Shown: positions 18,589 to 35,000 of the stretch, in pieces
How the letters are laid out: every line of letters starts with the position of its first letter
Numbering within the stretch: the first letter of the stretch is position 1
The notes under the pieces: model-generated
Told to the model about the DNA's origin: nothing
Seen by the model: only the letters and a program-made list of their open reading frames with translations
The model's database searches: none
From: the human T2T-CHM13v2.0 reference genome, Homo sapiens
Assembly (NCBI RefSeq): GCF_009914755.1
Contig: NC_060947.1
Direction: 5' to 3' (one strand)
Length of the DNA stretch: 64,000 nucleotides
Translations under genes and position numbers: made by a program

Positions 18589-19751
18589 CTGTAGCATTTT
18601 TAAAGATGAATAAGCAACTAATTGGTTAGAATATGAAGGACTGTCTCAGGTAAAGGTTTAAGGTAACAATTTGTTTTCTTTTTCAAAAAACAGGATCTTT
18701 AACTTCATTATTATATAGCAAGATTATTTTAGTATGAGCATTGTAGCCCTGACCCTGGGATCCTTCCTTGTATTTAGTATTAGCTGTTTCTGCATCTTCT
18801 TTGCAAAGATCATCAAATTATTTATACATAGCATTGAGTTTGGCAGGTTTGAGAAGGTAGGGTTTATTTAGTTGTCAATTACTGCAAGATGCCCTTGACA
18901 ATTACAGTTTCAAACCCCCATAGAGTGAAGGAAATGTTGGTTTTCTTTTTGCCTCTCATTGAAGTATAAATAATAGGGAAACTGATACTCAGCTTCACAG
19001 GGAAGAAAAACTACATTGTTCTAAAATCACTCTTCCATCCCTACTTCCTGCCAGAGTGATGGGGGTGAGGGTTTTCAGCTGTTTATCACCAAAACAGTTC
19101 CCACTCTGACCCCATGGAACGCAACACTGCCTAAGTGTAGGGAGCAGGAACCTATCATGCGTCAGGGTGGTTAGAATCCATTTGTCTTTCACAACTTTCT
19201 TATATAAACATTGCCGGAGAAGTTAGATTGTTATGATTAAATATGAAATAAACCAATGCCTTTTTAATTTAAAACTGATGAGACTTTAAGTTCTAGGGGA
19301 AGAAAAAAAATTAATTACATGACAGCACTAATCCATATAGGGTAAATGGCATCAGCATCCTTCTATCTATGTTAGGCAGAGAGCAATTCATTAAAATAAA
19401 TGTTCTGCCAAGATTATTATACCTGTTGCTGATGATTTGCTCTTAAATTAAGTCTAATTTGCTCAGGAACATAAATCACAGTGTCGATTTGTGTGAGAGG
19501 CAGAAAAGGCAGACTCATGGCAGACGATTCCACTGACAAAGAGAAAACCCAATCACTTTACATCTCATTGGTGGACTATTCTAGGTTTATAAAATATCTG
19601 AGATTCTGCATATGTAGATATTGCTTATGGCCTAATTCTATTAGGAATAATATAGAATTGATTTTTATTTTCTTTGGTTATGTGTTTTTTTGAAGGAATA
19701 ATCTGAATCCATTTTCATTGATACCAAGTAATATGGAAACTGTAAACTTAC

Positions 19752-20666
<915 letters not shown>

Positions 20667-21406
20667 TAAATTTAACTTTTTAACGGACGATCAAACCAAC
20701 AATTTTCCATGTAGGAACCAGGGTCAATGATCATGCCGACTGAGTCATACAGTGGCATTAAGCCTTCTAACTTTGGGCACAGGTGGTTTTTTTCTAGCCT
20801 TTTCATGACAGAATGACTGACTATTCTGTGTTTTCTTCGGAAAATACAGTCGTTGGGGAAGGCCATCAGTAAAAAGCATTGTGAGTAAAATGCATCAAGA
20901 GTCATACAGGTGAATTCAGTTCACTGCGTTACCACTTACAAGTTGAACAATCTTGGGCAAACCCCTTAATCTCTCTGAATCAGCATTTTTAATCTATATA
21001 ATGGGGGTAGTAATACCCCAGGTCTATAAAAGTTAGCATTCAGTAGGAGAACACAAAGTTTGTGAATGCTTAATAAATATAAGCTACAATCTTAGCACTA
21101 AACTCAAGGAACTCTGCTTGGACCCAGCATTGTGCCATTGATAGTGCTAGCCAGTTTCTTGCAAGCAACAGGAACAAACCTTGTTTAAATTTTGCTAGTT
21201 GTCCTGCTAATGCCCTTTTACTAGACCAGGGTCCAGTCCAGGAGCACGCATTGTGATACCATGTTTTCTTAGTCTCCTTTCATCTGACACAGTCCACCTT
21301 TGAAGAGTATTGGCCGGTTATTTTATAGGACGTCCCTCGGTTTTGGTTTGTTTGATGTTTGCTAATGATTAAATTCAGGTTATACATTTTTAGAAAGAAT
21401 ACCACT

Positions 21407-21710
<304 letters not shown>

Positions 21711-21774
21711 AAAGTAGTATTATTCTGTAGTTACTGTTTGTGTAAGACAGGGGAAATAAGGAAACATGCATATA

Positions 21775-21988
21775 CAGGTTGACTACCCCTTATCTGAAAT
21801 GCTCGGGACCAGATGTGTTCCAGATTTCAGGTTTTCTTGGACTTTGGAATCTGGTTGAGCATCCCCAATCTAAAATTCCACAATTGGAAATGCTTCAGTA
21901 AGCATTTCCTTCATGTGTCATGTCTCAAAAAGTTTTGGATTTTGGAGCATTTTGGATTTCAGCCTTTAGATTTGGGATGCTCAACCTG
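21775..21988. mobile_element. Tigger4/MER46-like non-autonomous DNA transposon
   Basis: TA|CAGGTTGA...TCAACCTG|TA terminal inverted repeats with TA TSD. Confidence 0.85.
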
Positions 21989-22364
21989 TATCTTCTTACT
22001 TTTGTAACGAGAAACATAGGAAATATAAGCCAGAAAACAATAAAGCTAATTATAAGATGTAGGAGTAGACAGAATGGAATAAATAAGGGAGGAAACAGCA
22101 CTACTACAACGAGTAGACCATTTTGTGTAGTTTTAATGCCAGAAGGTCAAAGGAGACAGCTTCAAGGGGCTCCCACTGTCCAAAGTTGGGCCAATTTCAA
22201 CATCAAACTTAAGAGGACAGTAATAGATTATAACCCACTGAATAAAGTGAAATAAAATGAATAGATTACAACCCAGTGAATAAAATGACCATATTGATAA
22301 TAAGTAGATAAGCAACTTAATGGGGAGAGAAGGGAGGGTATTCCTTATATTAGAATGCTGACTG

Positions 22365-22612
22365 ATATATGTATATATGTATATGTGTATACATATGTAT
22401 ACACAAATACATTTGTTTATATATACATATATGTATATGTATATATTCACATATACATATATACATCTATGTACATGCGCATATACATATATACATATGT
22501 ATATATGTGTATATGTACACGTATATGTATACGTATATATGTATATATGTACGTATGTTTATATACATATGTACATATATGTATATAAATATGTACATAT
22601 ATGTATATGTAA
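22365..22612. repeat. (TA/TG/CA)n degenerate microsatellite
   Basis: Alternating purine-pyrimidine tract. Confidence 0.95.
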
Positions 22613-22691
22613 ATATTGATTGGACAGTAAATATTGATTTGGACAAGAATCACTGATGAATGCTAAATCTATGGGGGAGAGAGTCTGATAA

Positions 22692-23362
<671 letters not shown>

Positions 23363-24009
23363 GGTAGTCCCCTTTAATCTGGAATAAGACAGAGAAACAA
23401 AACAAAAGATTGGAGGAAACCATGGTTCAATGGGGGCTGAACACAACCCATTCCCTCCTGCCTGTTCATTGTACTGGGGGACGGAGACCAGACTACAATG
23501 ACAAGGGGCATTTTATAGCTAGAGAAACTGAGATACACAATACACTTAACTAACGTTCTTGTAGCTACTGGAAGATGCTGGATAACCATACAGCCTTCAG
23601 CCATTGTATTCACATGAGGAAAACAATGAAAAAGGCAAAATATTAGAATCAGGGCCACAGATGGCTCTAAAATTACTTTCAGCAGTAACTGAAAATAGCA
23701 AGCCAATATATCTGCCTATTGTTTTATTCATTCAGCTTCTCTTGAGCCACAGTGCTATTTATTCCCTTTGGTAGAATTTAACAGCAAATATTCCAGGAAG
23801 TCAGTACAGGACATGGCAAAAAAAAAAAAAATTTCATAAAATACTCAAATCCTAAGTGTTTTGTTTCACAGCCATAATTCAAAAGCAGGTATGTTTTTGT
23901 AAATGTTGGCCAGTGTTCCATGGCAAATTTAATGAACTACATTTCTTATTTTTATTGTTTTAAACCACAAGACAGAAAATCACTTAAAAAATATAATGTT
24001 GCAATCATT

Positions 24010-25320
24010 AGAGTGATACTGACTCAGACAAGAATCGTCGATGTACGCTAAAACTAGCAGGTTAAATATTTAATGAGGAAATAGATATTTACATAGTCTC
24101 AAAGTATCTCTGCACAAATTACTTATTAATTATAAAGGGAAAAATACTAACTTAGCAGTAGAGAAACCTGGTGAACACTACCTTAACATCACTAATAACC
24201 AGATATCACATGCCTCCCAATGTAAGGCACTGGGGACATGTCGTTGCTGTAGTGTTTGTGCCAAAAATGAACACCCTGAAGGTAGCTGTCCTAGTCCATT
24301 TGGGCTGCAATTACAAAATACCTTAGACTGGGTAATTTATAAACAACAGAAAGGTACTACTCACGGTTCCAGAGACCAGGAAGTCCAAGATCAAGGTGCC
24401 GGCAGATTTAGTGTCTGGTGAGGGCTCACTGTCTGCTTCATAGATGTCTCCTTCTCTCTGTGTCATCACATGGCAGAAGGGATGAACAAGCTCCTTCCGG
24501 CTCTTTTATAAGGGCACTAATTCCATCCATGAGGGTGGTGCCCTCATGACTTAATCACTTCCCCAAAGGCCCCACCTCTTAATATCACCTTGGCGGTTGG
24601 TTAAGTTCCAACCTACGAATTTTGGGGGAAGGCATAAACACTCAGATCATAGAAGTAGTCATGAGGAAACATTGAATGAACCCCAATTGAGGGACATACT
24701 ACCAAATTGCAGGCTTGAACTCTTCTAAAATGTCAAGGTCGGCTGGGCGCCGTGGCTCACGCCTGTAATCCCAGCACTTTGGGAGGCCAAGGCGGGCGGA
24801 TCACCTGAAGTCAGGAGTTCGAGACCAGCCTGGCCAACATGGTGAAACCCCATCTCTACTAAAAATACAAAAATTAGCTGGGCGTGGTGGCACACGCCTG
24901 TAATCCCAGCTACTCAGGAGAATCACTTGAATCTGGGAGGTGGAGGTTGCAGTGAGCTGACATTGCATCACTGCATTCGCATCACTGCATTCCAGCCTTG
25001 GCAACAGAGCGAGACTCTGTATCAAAAAAATAAAACAAATGTCAAGGTCATGAATGCCGAAGTAAGGTAGAGGACCTGGTCTAGATTAAAGGAGACTAAA
25101 GTGACATTACAGTTAAATGCCATGTGTAATCCTAGTCTGGATCCTAGACTAGAAAAACAAAATTGTTATATTGGACATTATTGAGACTATTGGTCATATA
25201 AGAATACTGATTGTAGATTATAGTATTATATCAATGTTAAATGTCTTGATTTTGATGGGTGTATTGTGATAATGTAAAAGAAAGTTTACAAAAATCTATA
25301 TGCTTAGAAAATACACACTG
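24010..25320 (+). mobile_element. L1MC-type 3' fragment interrupted by a MaLR LTR (~24287-24655) and an Alu (~24740-25035)
   Basis: gagaaacctggtgaacactaccttaac; the Alu is flanked by TSD aaatgtcaaggtc. Confidence 0.7.
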
Positions 25321-25321
25321 A

Positions 25322-25632
25322 GGCCAGGCATGGTGGCTCACGCCTGTAATCCCAGCACTTTGGGAGGCTGAGGAGGGCGGACCACCTGAAGTCGGAGTTC
25401 GAGACCAGCCTGGCCAACATGGCGAAACCCCATCTCTACTAAAAATACAAAAATTAGTCGGGCATGGTGGCAGGCACCTGTAATCCCAGCTGGAGATTTG
25501 GGAGGCCAAGGCAGGAGAATCACCTTGAACCTAGGAGGTGGAGGTTGCAGTGAGCCGAGATCGCGCCATTGCACTCCAGCCTGGGTGACAGAGACAGACT
25601 CCGTCTCAAAAAAAAAAAAAAAAAAAAGAAAG

Positions 25633-25664
<32 letters not shown>

Positions 25665-25995
25665 TACACACTGATGCTCTTAAGAAATACTGTTAAGGGC
25701 CAGGGGTGCTGGTTCACACCTGTAATCCCAGCACTTTGCTGAAGCAGGCAGATGGCTTGAGCCCAGGAGTTCAAGACCAGCCTGAGCAACATGGCAAAAC
25801 CCGTCTCTACAAAAAATACAAAAATTAGCCGGGCATGGTGGCACACATGTAGTCCCAGCTACTTGGGAGGCTGAGATGGGAGGATCACTTGTGCCTAGGA
25901 AGTTGAATCTGCTGTAAGCCATGATTGCATCACTGCACTCCAGCTTGGGTGATACAGAGAGACCCTGTCTCGAAGAAAAAAACAAAAACAAAAAC
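25322..25995 (+). mobile_element. Two sense Alus
   Basis: Dimers; the first has TSD agaaaatacacactga and a (GAAAA)n tail. Confidence 0.9.
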
Positions 25996-27514
25996 ACCAA
26001 TACCCTTTGGCTAGAGAGAAGAGTAAAGCGAATATGGCAAAATGTTAACAGTTGGTAAATCTAGGTGAAGGGTATATGGGAGCTCTTTTGAGCATTTCTT
26101 TCTCTGTTATACCTGTTTTAGACTTTTCTAAGTTTTCTCAGCTTGAAATTATTTCAAAATGAAAAGTTAAAAAGAACAATTAAAATTAAATAATGCCACC
26201 TCTATGGTCTGCTGCACTGGACTTCACTGAAGATTTGTGTAGGTCCAGGGTCGTTCCCATCAAGCAGGATTTCATAGGAACTGTGACCAAGAATCTTGGT
26301 TAGAAGAAAGAGTGCGATGCACATTTTTCACAACTGGGAAAAGGGATGAAGCCATCGTTGTATTTACTTGTCTTCTCCCGGCATTTTCTTTTGAAAGTTA
26401 ACAGTAAACTTGCCAGCCATGTCTCGTGATTGAGTCACATAGGACCTGACAGCTTCACGTTTGTGAGGCAGCGCTGAGAGTAGAAATGCCAAAAGCATTA
26501 ATGGCAAATAAATATTATTTGAAATAATGATAAATCTTTAGCTGTTCAGTCTCATCTATTAAGCACAGTGAACTGTACAGCAGAACTAATTTACCTGTGA
26601 GGAGAGGTAATCGCTGGACAACATTACTGATGTTCTCTAATCCTAAAGCTGTTTCGTCACTACCTTTGCTTCAGACACGTAAAATCCTCTGCAGTTTTGC
26701 TGAATCCTAGCCCTGTATCTTCTCAATCCACCTTGGAGACCCTTTTACCTCTAAGTATCCCTTCAACTGCTGGCCAAGTTCCAAGATAATATCTTACCCT
26801 CTATTTCTAGTGTAGGTCTGGCACATTTGTCATGATTATAACAATCAACAAATGTCTACTAGACACATATGTTATACAAAGGCACAGCCAAGCGTCTACC
26901 AGGAAAGTTACATACACATCGTCTGTACCTCCATTTTTCTAAATTTTCTGTAAAATGCCCCTCTGGGTGGGCAGGCCTTGTCTTGTTCAATTTGGGTCAC
27001 ACCCAGTCAACATGTTAGAAAGGTTTGGAGGGAGAAGGAATATTTCATTTGGTGATTTCTTCCCTGGCCTAAAGGAATTTAACTACATAGTTAGAAAGAC
27101 GTAAACATATCAGAAGTTACAGTAATTTGTGTAGAGGAGTGAGGTGAGAAATAGGAAACCTTACTCCTGGTTTCCCATGAATTCGTTGTGTCACCATGAC
27201 AGATGACATGATCTCAAGGCCTCATGCCTCCTTTGTAAAATGAGATGGATGAACTGGATGATAATAATGACAACAGCTAAAATACACTGAGCACTTACTA
27301 TATATCAAGGCCTATAGTAAGCACTTACTGTGGATTAACATGCTGAAACCTTGCAACACTGCTGTGAGGTAGGTACCACTATCATCCTCATTTTACAGAT
27401 AATCCATGAGATCCTTTCAACTCCAAATTTCTATAATTATGTGACTTCAAGTTAAGTAATATGGTAGATTGCATTTTTCAAAGGCGGACACAACATTTCC
27501 CATCTTATATGCTC

Positions 27515-28738
<1,224 letters not shown>

Positions 28739-28759
28739 TCCTATGCTCTTCTTGAAGTA

Positions 28760-29860
28760 TAACTTTGAGAAGTGGGTCTATCTACCCTCCATTGAATTTG
28801 GGTGGCCTTGTGGCTATGGAAAAAGTGATGTCATGTTGACTTCTGAGGCTAAGTCCATAAAAACCAATATAGCTTATGTTAGTTTTCTATTGCTATGCAA
28901 CAAATTACCCCAAACTTAGAGGCTTAAAACAATACCTATTTATTAGCTCATGGTTTTGTAGGTCAGAATTCTGGGCACAGCATGACTTGGTTCTCTGCAC
29001 AGGGTGTCACACAGCTGAAATGAAGGTGTTAGCTGGACTGAGTTCTTGGAGGAGCAGAGTTGAGGTGAGGACCCGCTTCCAAGCTCATTACATTGTTGGT
29101 TGAATTCAGTTCTTTATGGTCATACGACTAAGATCTCTGTTTCTTTGGTCAGCTGGGGGCTGCCTGCATTTTTTGCCATCCATCTTCAAAGCCGGCTATG
29201 GAGAATATCCTTCACGTCAAATCCCTCTCATGTTTTGAATCTCTGAATTCCGGTCTCTGACCTCTAGACCCAGATTTAAATGGTTCCTGTGGTTACGGGA
29301 GGCTCACTTGGGGAATCTCTCTATCGTAAGATCTACTGACTCAAAACCTCAATTACATCTGCAAAAGCTCTTTTGTCATGTAATCATGGGAATAATGTCT
29401 AATGATATTCATAGGTTCCACTCACACTCAAGGGAAGATTATACAAGGGTGAGGGTCATTGGGGCCATCTTAGAATTCTGCCTACCCGATAGCTTCTGCT
29501 TGATTCTCTTGTTTACTCTTGATTACTCTTGTTTACTCCTGGAACTCAGCCACCATACTGCGAGGAAGCCTGAGCACCCTGTGGAATGATCCACATGGAG
29601 AGAAACTGGCCCCTTAACAGCCCCAGTTGAGCTCCCAGCCAATAACCAGCATCAACGTGCTATGTGAGTGAGCCATTTTCAAAGTGGATCCTCCAAGCCC
29701 TAGGCTGAAATATCCCCACTGGTGATGCATGGGACAGATGAGCTGTCCCTATTAAGTCCTGCCCAAATGGTAAATTTGGGAGTAAAAGAAAAGATTGTTG
29801 TTCTAAGCCACTAAGTTTGGGGGTGATTTGTTATACAGCAATAGGTGATCAAAACCAAGT
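28760..29860. mobile_element. MLT1-type MaLR LTR fragments, apparently nested
   Basis: acaaattaccccaaacttagaggcttaaaac; aagccactaagtttgggggtgatttgttatacagcaatag. Confidence 0.7.
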
Positions 29861-30230
29861 AACTTACGTGAGACAGTCTGTAAGTACTGAAAGCTTCTGT
29901 GGAAAAGGAGCGGTAGCTTCTATTTCTTTTAGGACATTGGAGCATCTGGCAGCGTAGGCCTAAAATGTCATTCAATACATGCTTGCTGATTTATTAGTTC
30001 AAACTTATACTGACCTGATTTACAACAGTATACCAGTCATCCATATTTGGAAGCTCCGCATTTTAAAAGGGTTATCTAAAAATTATGCCACTTTCCTTTG
30101 GAGGAATGGCTATACTATATATTTTTAAGCCATATTTGTAAAATGTTTGGGGTGTAAATGAACACAGATAATGAATATTCATTTTAAAGGTACAATAGGC
30201 TTGTATGTAAATCACTACATAAAGCATTAG

Positions 30231-31065
<835 letters not shown>

Positions 31066-32212
31066 TTATTTGAAGGGAAAAGGTAACTGTACAATGGAGA
31101 AACCAGGCGAATAACTTTTTTTTTTTTTTAATATATTCATTTTGTTAAATGCATCTGGTCTGAACCATGGAAGATACAGAAACAGTTTCGAAGAGCATTT
31201 AACACTGGTTCTTTCAACTGTGGACTGAAAAAATATAAAGCATATGGAGACACTGAGTCTGACAGCTACTCAAACAAGTGGGCCAGAGCTGGTTTCAATG
31301 GTGCCAAAAGTACAGGTACTCTACCCCCTGCCAAATGATCCTACCAAAAAAGATGCCAGAAGCACACAGAGGAGATGGGTAACAGACACCTGGAAGGTAC
31401 AAATTCTCCATGATATGACATTTTCAACATACTAGTGGAACCCATATATGTAGGCTCCATTCTGTCTTGAACAATTCCAAAATATTAAAGAAAAACATCA
31501 GGAAGTAGATAGATTACTTAGAGAAAACTTTGAGTTACTTTTAACCAAAGTTATTTCTACTATGCTTTATCACTGACTCAGTAGCTGCCCTCAAAAAAAG
31601 AAATATTTTATATATAATATGTATTTTACTAAAAGTATTTTTTACCCATTTCCAATGGGTTGATTGACCAATCTCACTAATCAGTAAGAGTGCTCAACAT
31701 TTCCCATTTTGGGCCATTTCTATCACTCTCAAATTTTGGTGAATCTGCCCTAAGTTCCCAGCATCACAGCATTCGTGGATCTGAGTAGACATTCCGGAAA
31801 ACACAGAGATGTTCCAATACTCTCTGTTCTTAATTTCATCTAATTAGTTTTAAAATTTATTCTCTACTCACAAAGAAGCATAAATAAAGGTTTCACTCTT
31901 ATGTAAAGACCTGACAAAACATACAATGGTCCTCTGCTGATGTGGAAGCAAGGACAGTTTTCTACGATAGTCTGTTCTTTATAACCTATAACTGTTGTGG
32001 GAAAAAAAGAAAATCCATTTCTTATTGTAATTATTTTTCTTGTTTGAGGTTTCTTTTCCACACCCTGAATCTACAATGACCCAACCACAAGTTTGGGAAC
32101 ATTGCTTCTGAGGCCCATTCTCTGATGAGAAAGTTCAGTCCCACCTGGGGAAAGTACCTGAGTCCCAGCCTTTTCAGCCTAACATTACACCTAATATCTA
32201 AAGTAAGAAATC

Positions 32213-32416
32213 AGGCTAGGTGTGGTGGTACGCACCTGTAATCCCAGCCACTTGGGAGGCTGAGGCAGGAGAATCGCCTGAACCCAGGTGGCAGAGATTG
32301 CAGTGAGCAGAGATCGCACCAGTCACTCCAGCCTGGGCAACACAGTGAGATTCCACCTCAAAAATAAATAAATAAAATAAAATAAAATAAAATAAAATAA
32401 AATAAAATAAAATAAA
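32213..32416 (+). mobile_element. Alu right arm with (TAAAA)n tail inside the retrocopy
   Basis: Alu consensus and pentanucleotide tail. Confidence 0.88.
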
Positions 32417-32616
32417 ACATCCAAGTATCCACCTTGGGTTGCAGGAAAATAGTTAATATTATGCATTTACAAAAAATGTAACTATATAATGTGAAACACC
32501 ATAAAGTCAGATGGCACTGCACGAGGCATTTTTGCTTGTTTTTCTTAGGGAAAAGGAGTTCTACGGAAAATTCTCTCATCCTCCTCTCTCTGCCGCCGAC
32601 TCCTCTATGTCCAAAG

Positions 32617-32918
32617 TTTTTTTTTTCTCCCCCCTGAGAGGGAGTCTCACTCTGTCGCCCGGGCTGGAGTGCAGTGGTGCAATCTTGGTTCACTGCAACC
32701 TCCGCCCCCTTGGCATTCAAGCGATTCTCCTGCCTCAGCCTCCCAAGTAGCTGGGATTGCAGGCACGCACCACCATACCCGGCTAATTTTGCATTTTTAG
32801 TAGAGACGGGGTTTCTCCATGTTGGTCAGGCTGGTCTCAAACTCCCGACCTCAGGTGATCCGCCCACCTCGGCCTCCCAAAGTGCTGGGATTATAGACGT
32901 GAGCCACCACACCCGACC
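32617..32918 (-). mobile_element. Alu inside the retrocopy
   Basis: Full antisense dimer. Confidence 0.9.
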
Positions 32919-33646
32919 TAGGTTTTTGTTTAAAATTGGGCCTTTGTTCTTATTCAGTAAATCTATGTCACAGGATGAGCCAGGATTTAAATATATAATT
33001 TTTTAGTATCTTTCACGTCAAATTAGAAACACATATTTGGAATTTACTGCTGCAGTCTCTACTGTGCTTATCATGGTAGTGGCTGAAACTGGAAGACATT
33101 TTTTTTTAAACCCTGAAGTCATCCATACTTGCTACTTATTTAGTCTTCTTGCTTGGAATGAAAAGTATTCACGAATACCACCACCTAAGCACCTGTTTAA
33201 AATGAAACTCAGCCTTCAGCTTGCAAAATGATGTCTTTATAATTAAGCCAACAGCAGAAGACCCATGCAAGTTGTTTCTTTCTTCCTGGAGAAGTTGGCA
33301 GGATAACTGGAATCCTAGGAGCTCCTCTGTATTGAATTTGCCAAGTCCTGAGTTCAGAATTTTGTTTTTGAGATGAATATAAAAGCACCTAATGGTCAAG
33401 GAAAATTTTCTTCCTGTGATAAGGAACCTTTGCTTTAGTGTAGATGACCACTCCCCTCCGCAAGGTAAGGAGGAAGAATGTTCGGTTAGTTCCTTTCCTC
33501 TGGCCGATCTCTTTTTTTCTTCTCTTCGCACAGTCCAACAGATGCGCTCGGCCTCCCGGGAGCTAGCCCGCCCCCGGCCCAGAGGCCAATTTACAGCCGC
33601 ACGCCTCACTCCACCATCCTCGCAGCTTCTCCGCGGATAACTTCTT

Positions 33647-34110
33647 AACCAAGTGGCCGAACTTAGTACCACCAATGCTGGAACAAAGTGACATCATGTG
33701 CCTTGCATTGTGATGCAACTAAGAATACAACATCTCTTGTGAAGTTGTTTTATCAAAAAATGTTTAACCTAAATCTAACGAGAAAACAGACAAATCCAAC
33801 TTACAGACATTCTGAAAAGCGACGAGCTTGGACTCTTCAAAAATGTCCATGTCATGAAAGACAAAAAGCCAGGGAACGCTTCTAGATTAAATATTAATCA
33901 AAGGAGTTAACTAAACTTGAATTTTGATTGAATCCTGACTTCCCCCTCCAACAAGAAGGAAAAAAAAATACAGCCGTAAAGCTATAAAATTTAAATATGC
34001 TCTGCATATTACAGTGTGGATTATTGCATTGTGGTTAAGTAGGGGTCCATCCTTGTTTTTAAGAGACAGATGCTAAAATGTTAAGGTGAAATGTCACTAT
34101 GTCTGCAAGT
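33647..34110 (+). mobile_element. Old L1 (L1MC/L1ME-type) 3' fragment, host of the retrocopy; its 5' part is at ~31040-31110
   Basis: Similar to the in-window L1 copy at 24120-25140. Confidence 0.65.
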
Positions 34111-34359
34111 AACACTCAGGCAAATTGTGTTAAGGGCTAAAATTCTGAACCCGGTTGAGGAATTTTGTATCAACATCTAGTCAACACTGTCCAGGGACTA
34201 GGCAGAACAAGCAGTTTCCCTTTGCATGGCTGAGAAGCAGGCAGCCTGACCCTCTCCTCTCCGGGTGGCACGAGTAACCCTCAGCACTTAAAAGCAGCTG
34301 CAGGCCTGTGGGGAACGCAGGCTGAGGCTGTGGTTCCACTTCTGCCAGAGGACACACAC

Positions 34360-35000
34360 ATGCACGCATGCTGTATGCACTTTATGGCAGTCCACGGAAA
34401 GCGCAAAAGTGCAAGGGTGAGGCTGCGCCCCTCCCCTAACCCCCACAGGAACATACGACAGCAGCACGTGCTGTCTGGAGCACTTTACAGCAGTCACGTC
34501 TGCACAAGGGCAAACCCACGCCCTTTCACCCCCACAGAACAGCGGCAGCTGCTGTCTGGAGCATTTTACGGCAGTCAGGCAAAGGTGCAAGGATGAGGCC
34601 AGGCCCCTTCACTCTCTCAGAACCGCTGCACGTGCTTGTGGAGCACTTCACAGCAGTCATGCAGAGGCGCAAGGGCGAAGCTACGCCCTTTCATTCCCGC
34701 AGAACATTGGCATGTAGTCTGGAGCACTTTACAGCGGTTACATGAGGCGCGAGGGCAAAGCCACGGCCTCGCACGCCCGCAGAACAGGAGCACGTGCTGT
34801 CTGCAGCACTTTAACGGCATTCAGGCAAAGGCCCGCGGGTGAGACCACTGCCTTTCGCCCCAATAGCACAGCGGCACGTGCCGTCTGGAGCACTTTACGG
34901 TAGTCAACGCGAAGGCGCCAGGGTGAAACCACGCCCTTTCATTCCGACAGAACAGCGGCACGTGCTGTCGGCGCACTTTGTGGCAGCCACGCGAAGGCTC
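34360..35000. repeat. Diverged ~82-bp tandem repeat, 7 copies plus 1 degenerate, upstream of MPC1L
   Basis: Core CAGAACAGCGGCACGTGCTGTCTGGAGCACTTTACGGCAGTCA recurs, with E-box positions at 34465, 34546, 34629, 34711, 34791, 34875, 34959. Confidence 0.9.

Larger units (their letters stand above)
31116..33632 (-). pseudogene. Processed retrocopy, probably of lncRNA OIP5-AS1 (Cyrano)
   Basis: T14 at 31116-31129; TSD GCG(A/G)ATAACTT(T/C)TT at 31107-31120 and 33633-33646; GC-rich 5' end GAGAAGCTGCGAGGATGGTGGAGTGAGGCGTG resembles the OIP5-AS1 5' end as I recall it. Confidence 0.8.

Noticed and set aside
29500-29541. Short tandem duplications (also ~6125-6152 and ~24966-24992)
   Set aside because: Ordinary slippage events inside old repeats with no sign of function
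33169-33675. 168-codon - strand ORF over the retrocopy 5' end
   Set aside because: Starts at a non-ATG codon in flanking L1, has no in-frame Met and no recognisable homology; the ATG near the retrocopy 5' end gives only MVE*
34360-35000. CRISPR-like repeat/spacer appearance of the 82-bp array
   Set aside because: The spacers are homologous to one another, the DNA is human and there are no cas genes; it is a diverged minisatellite
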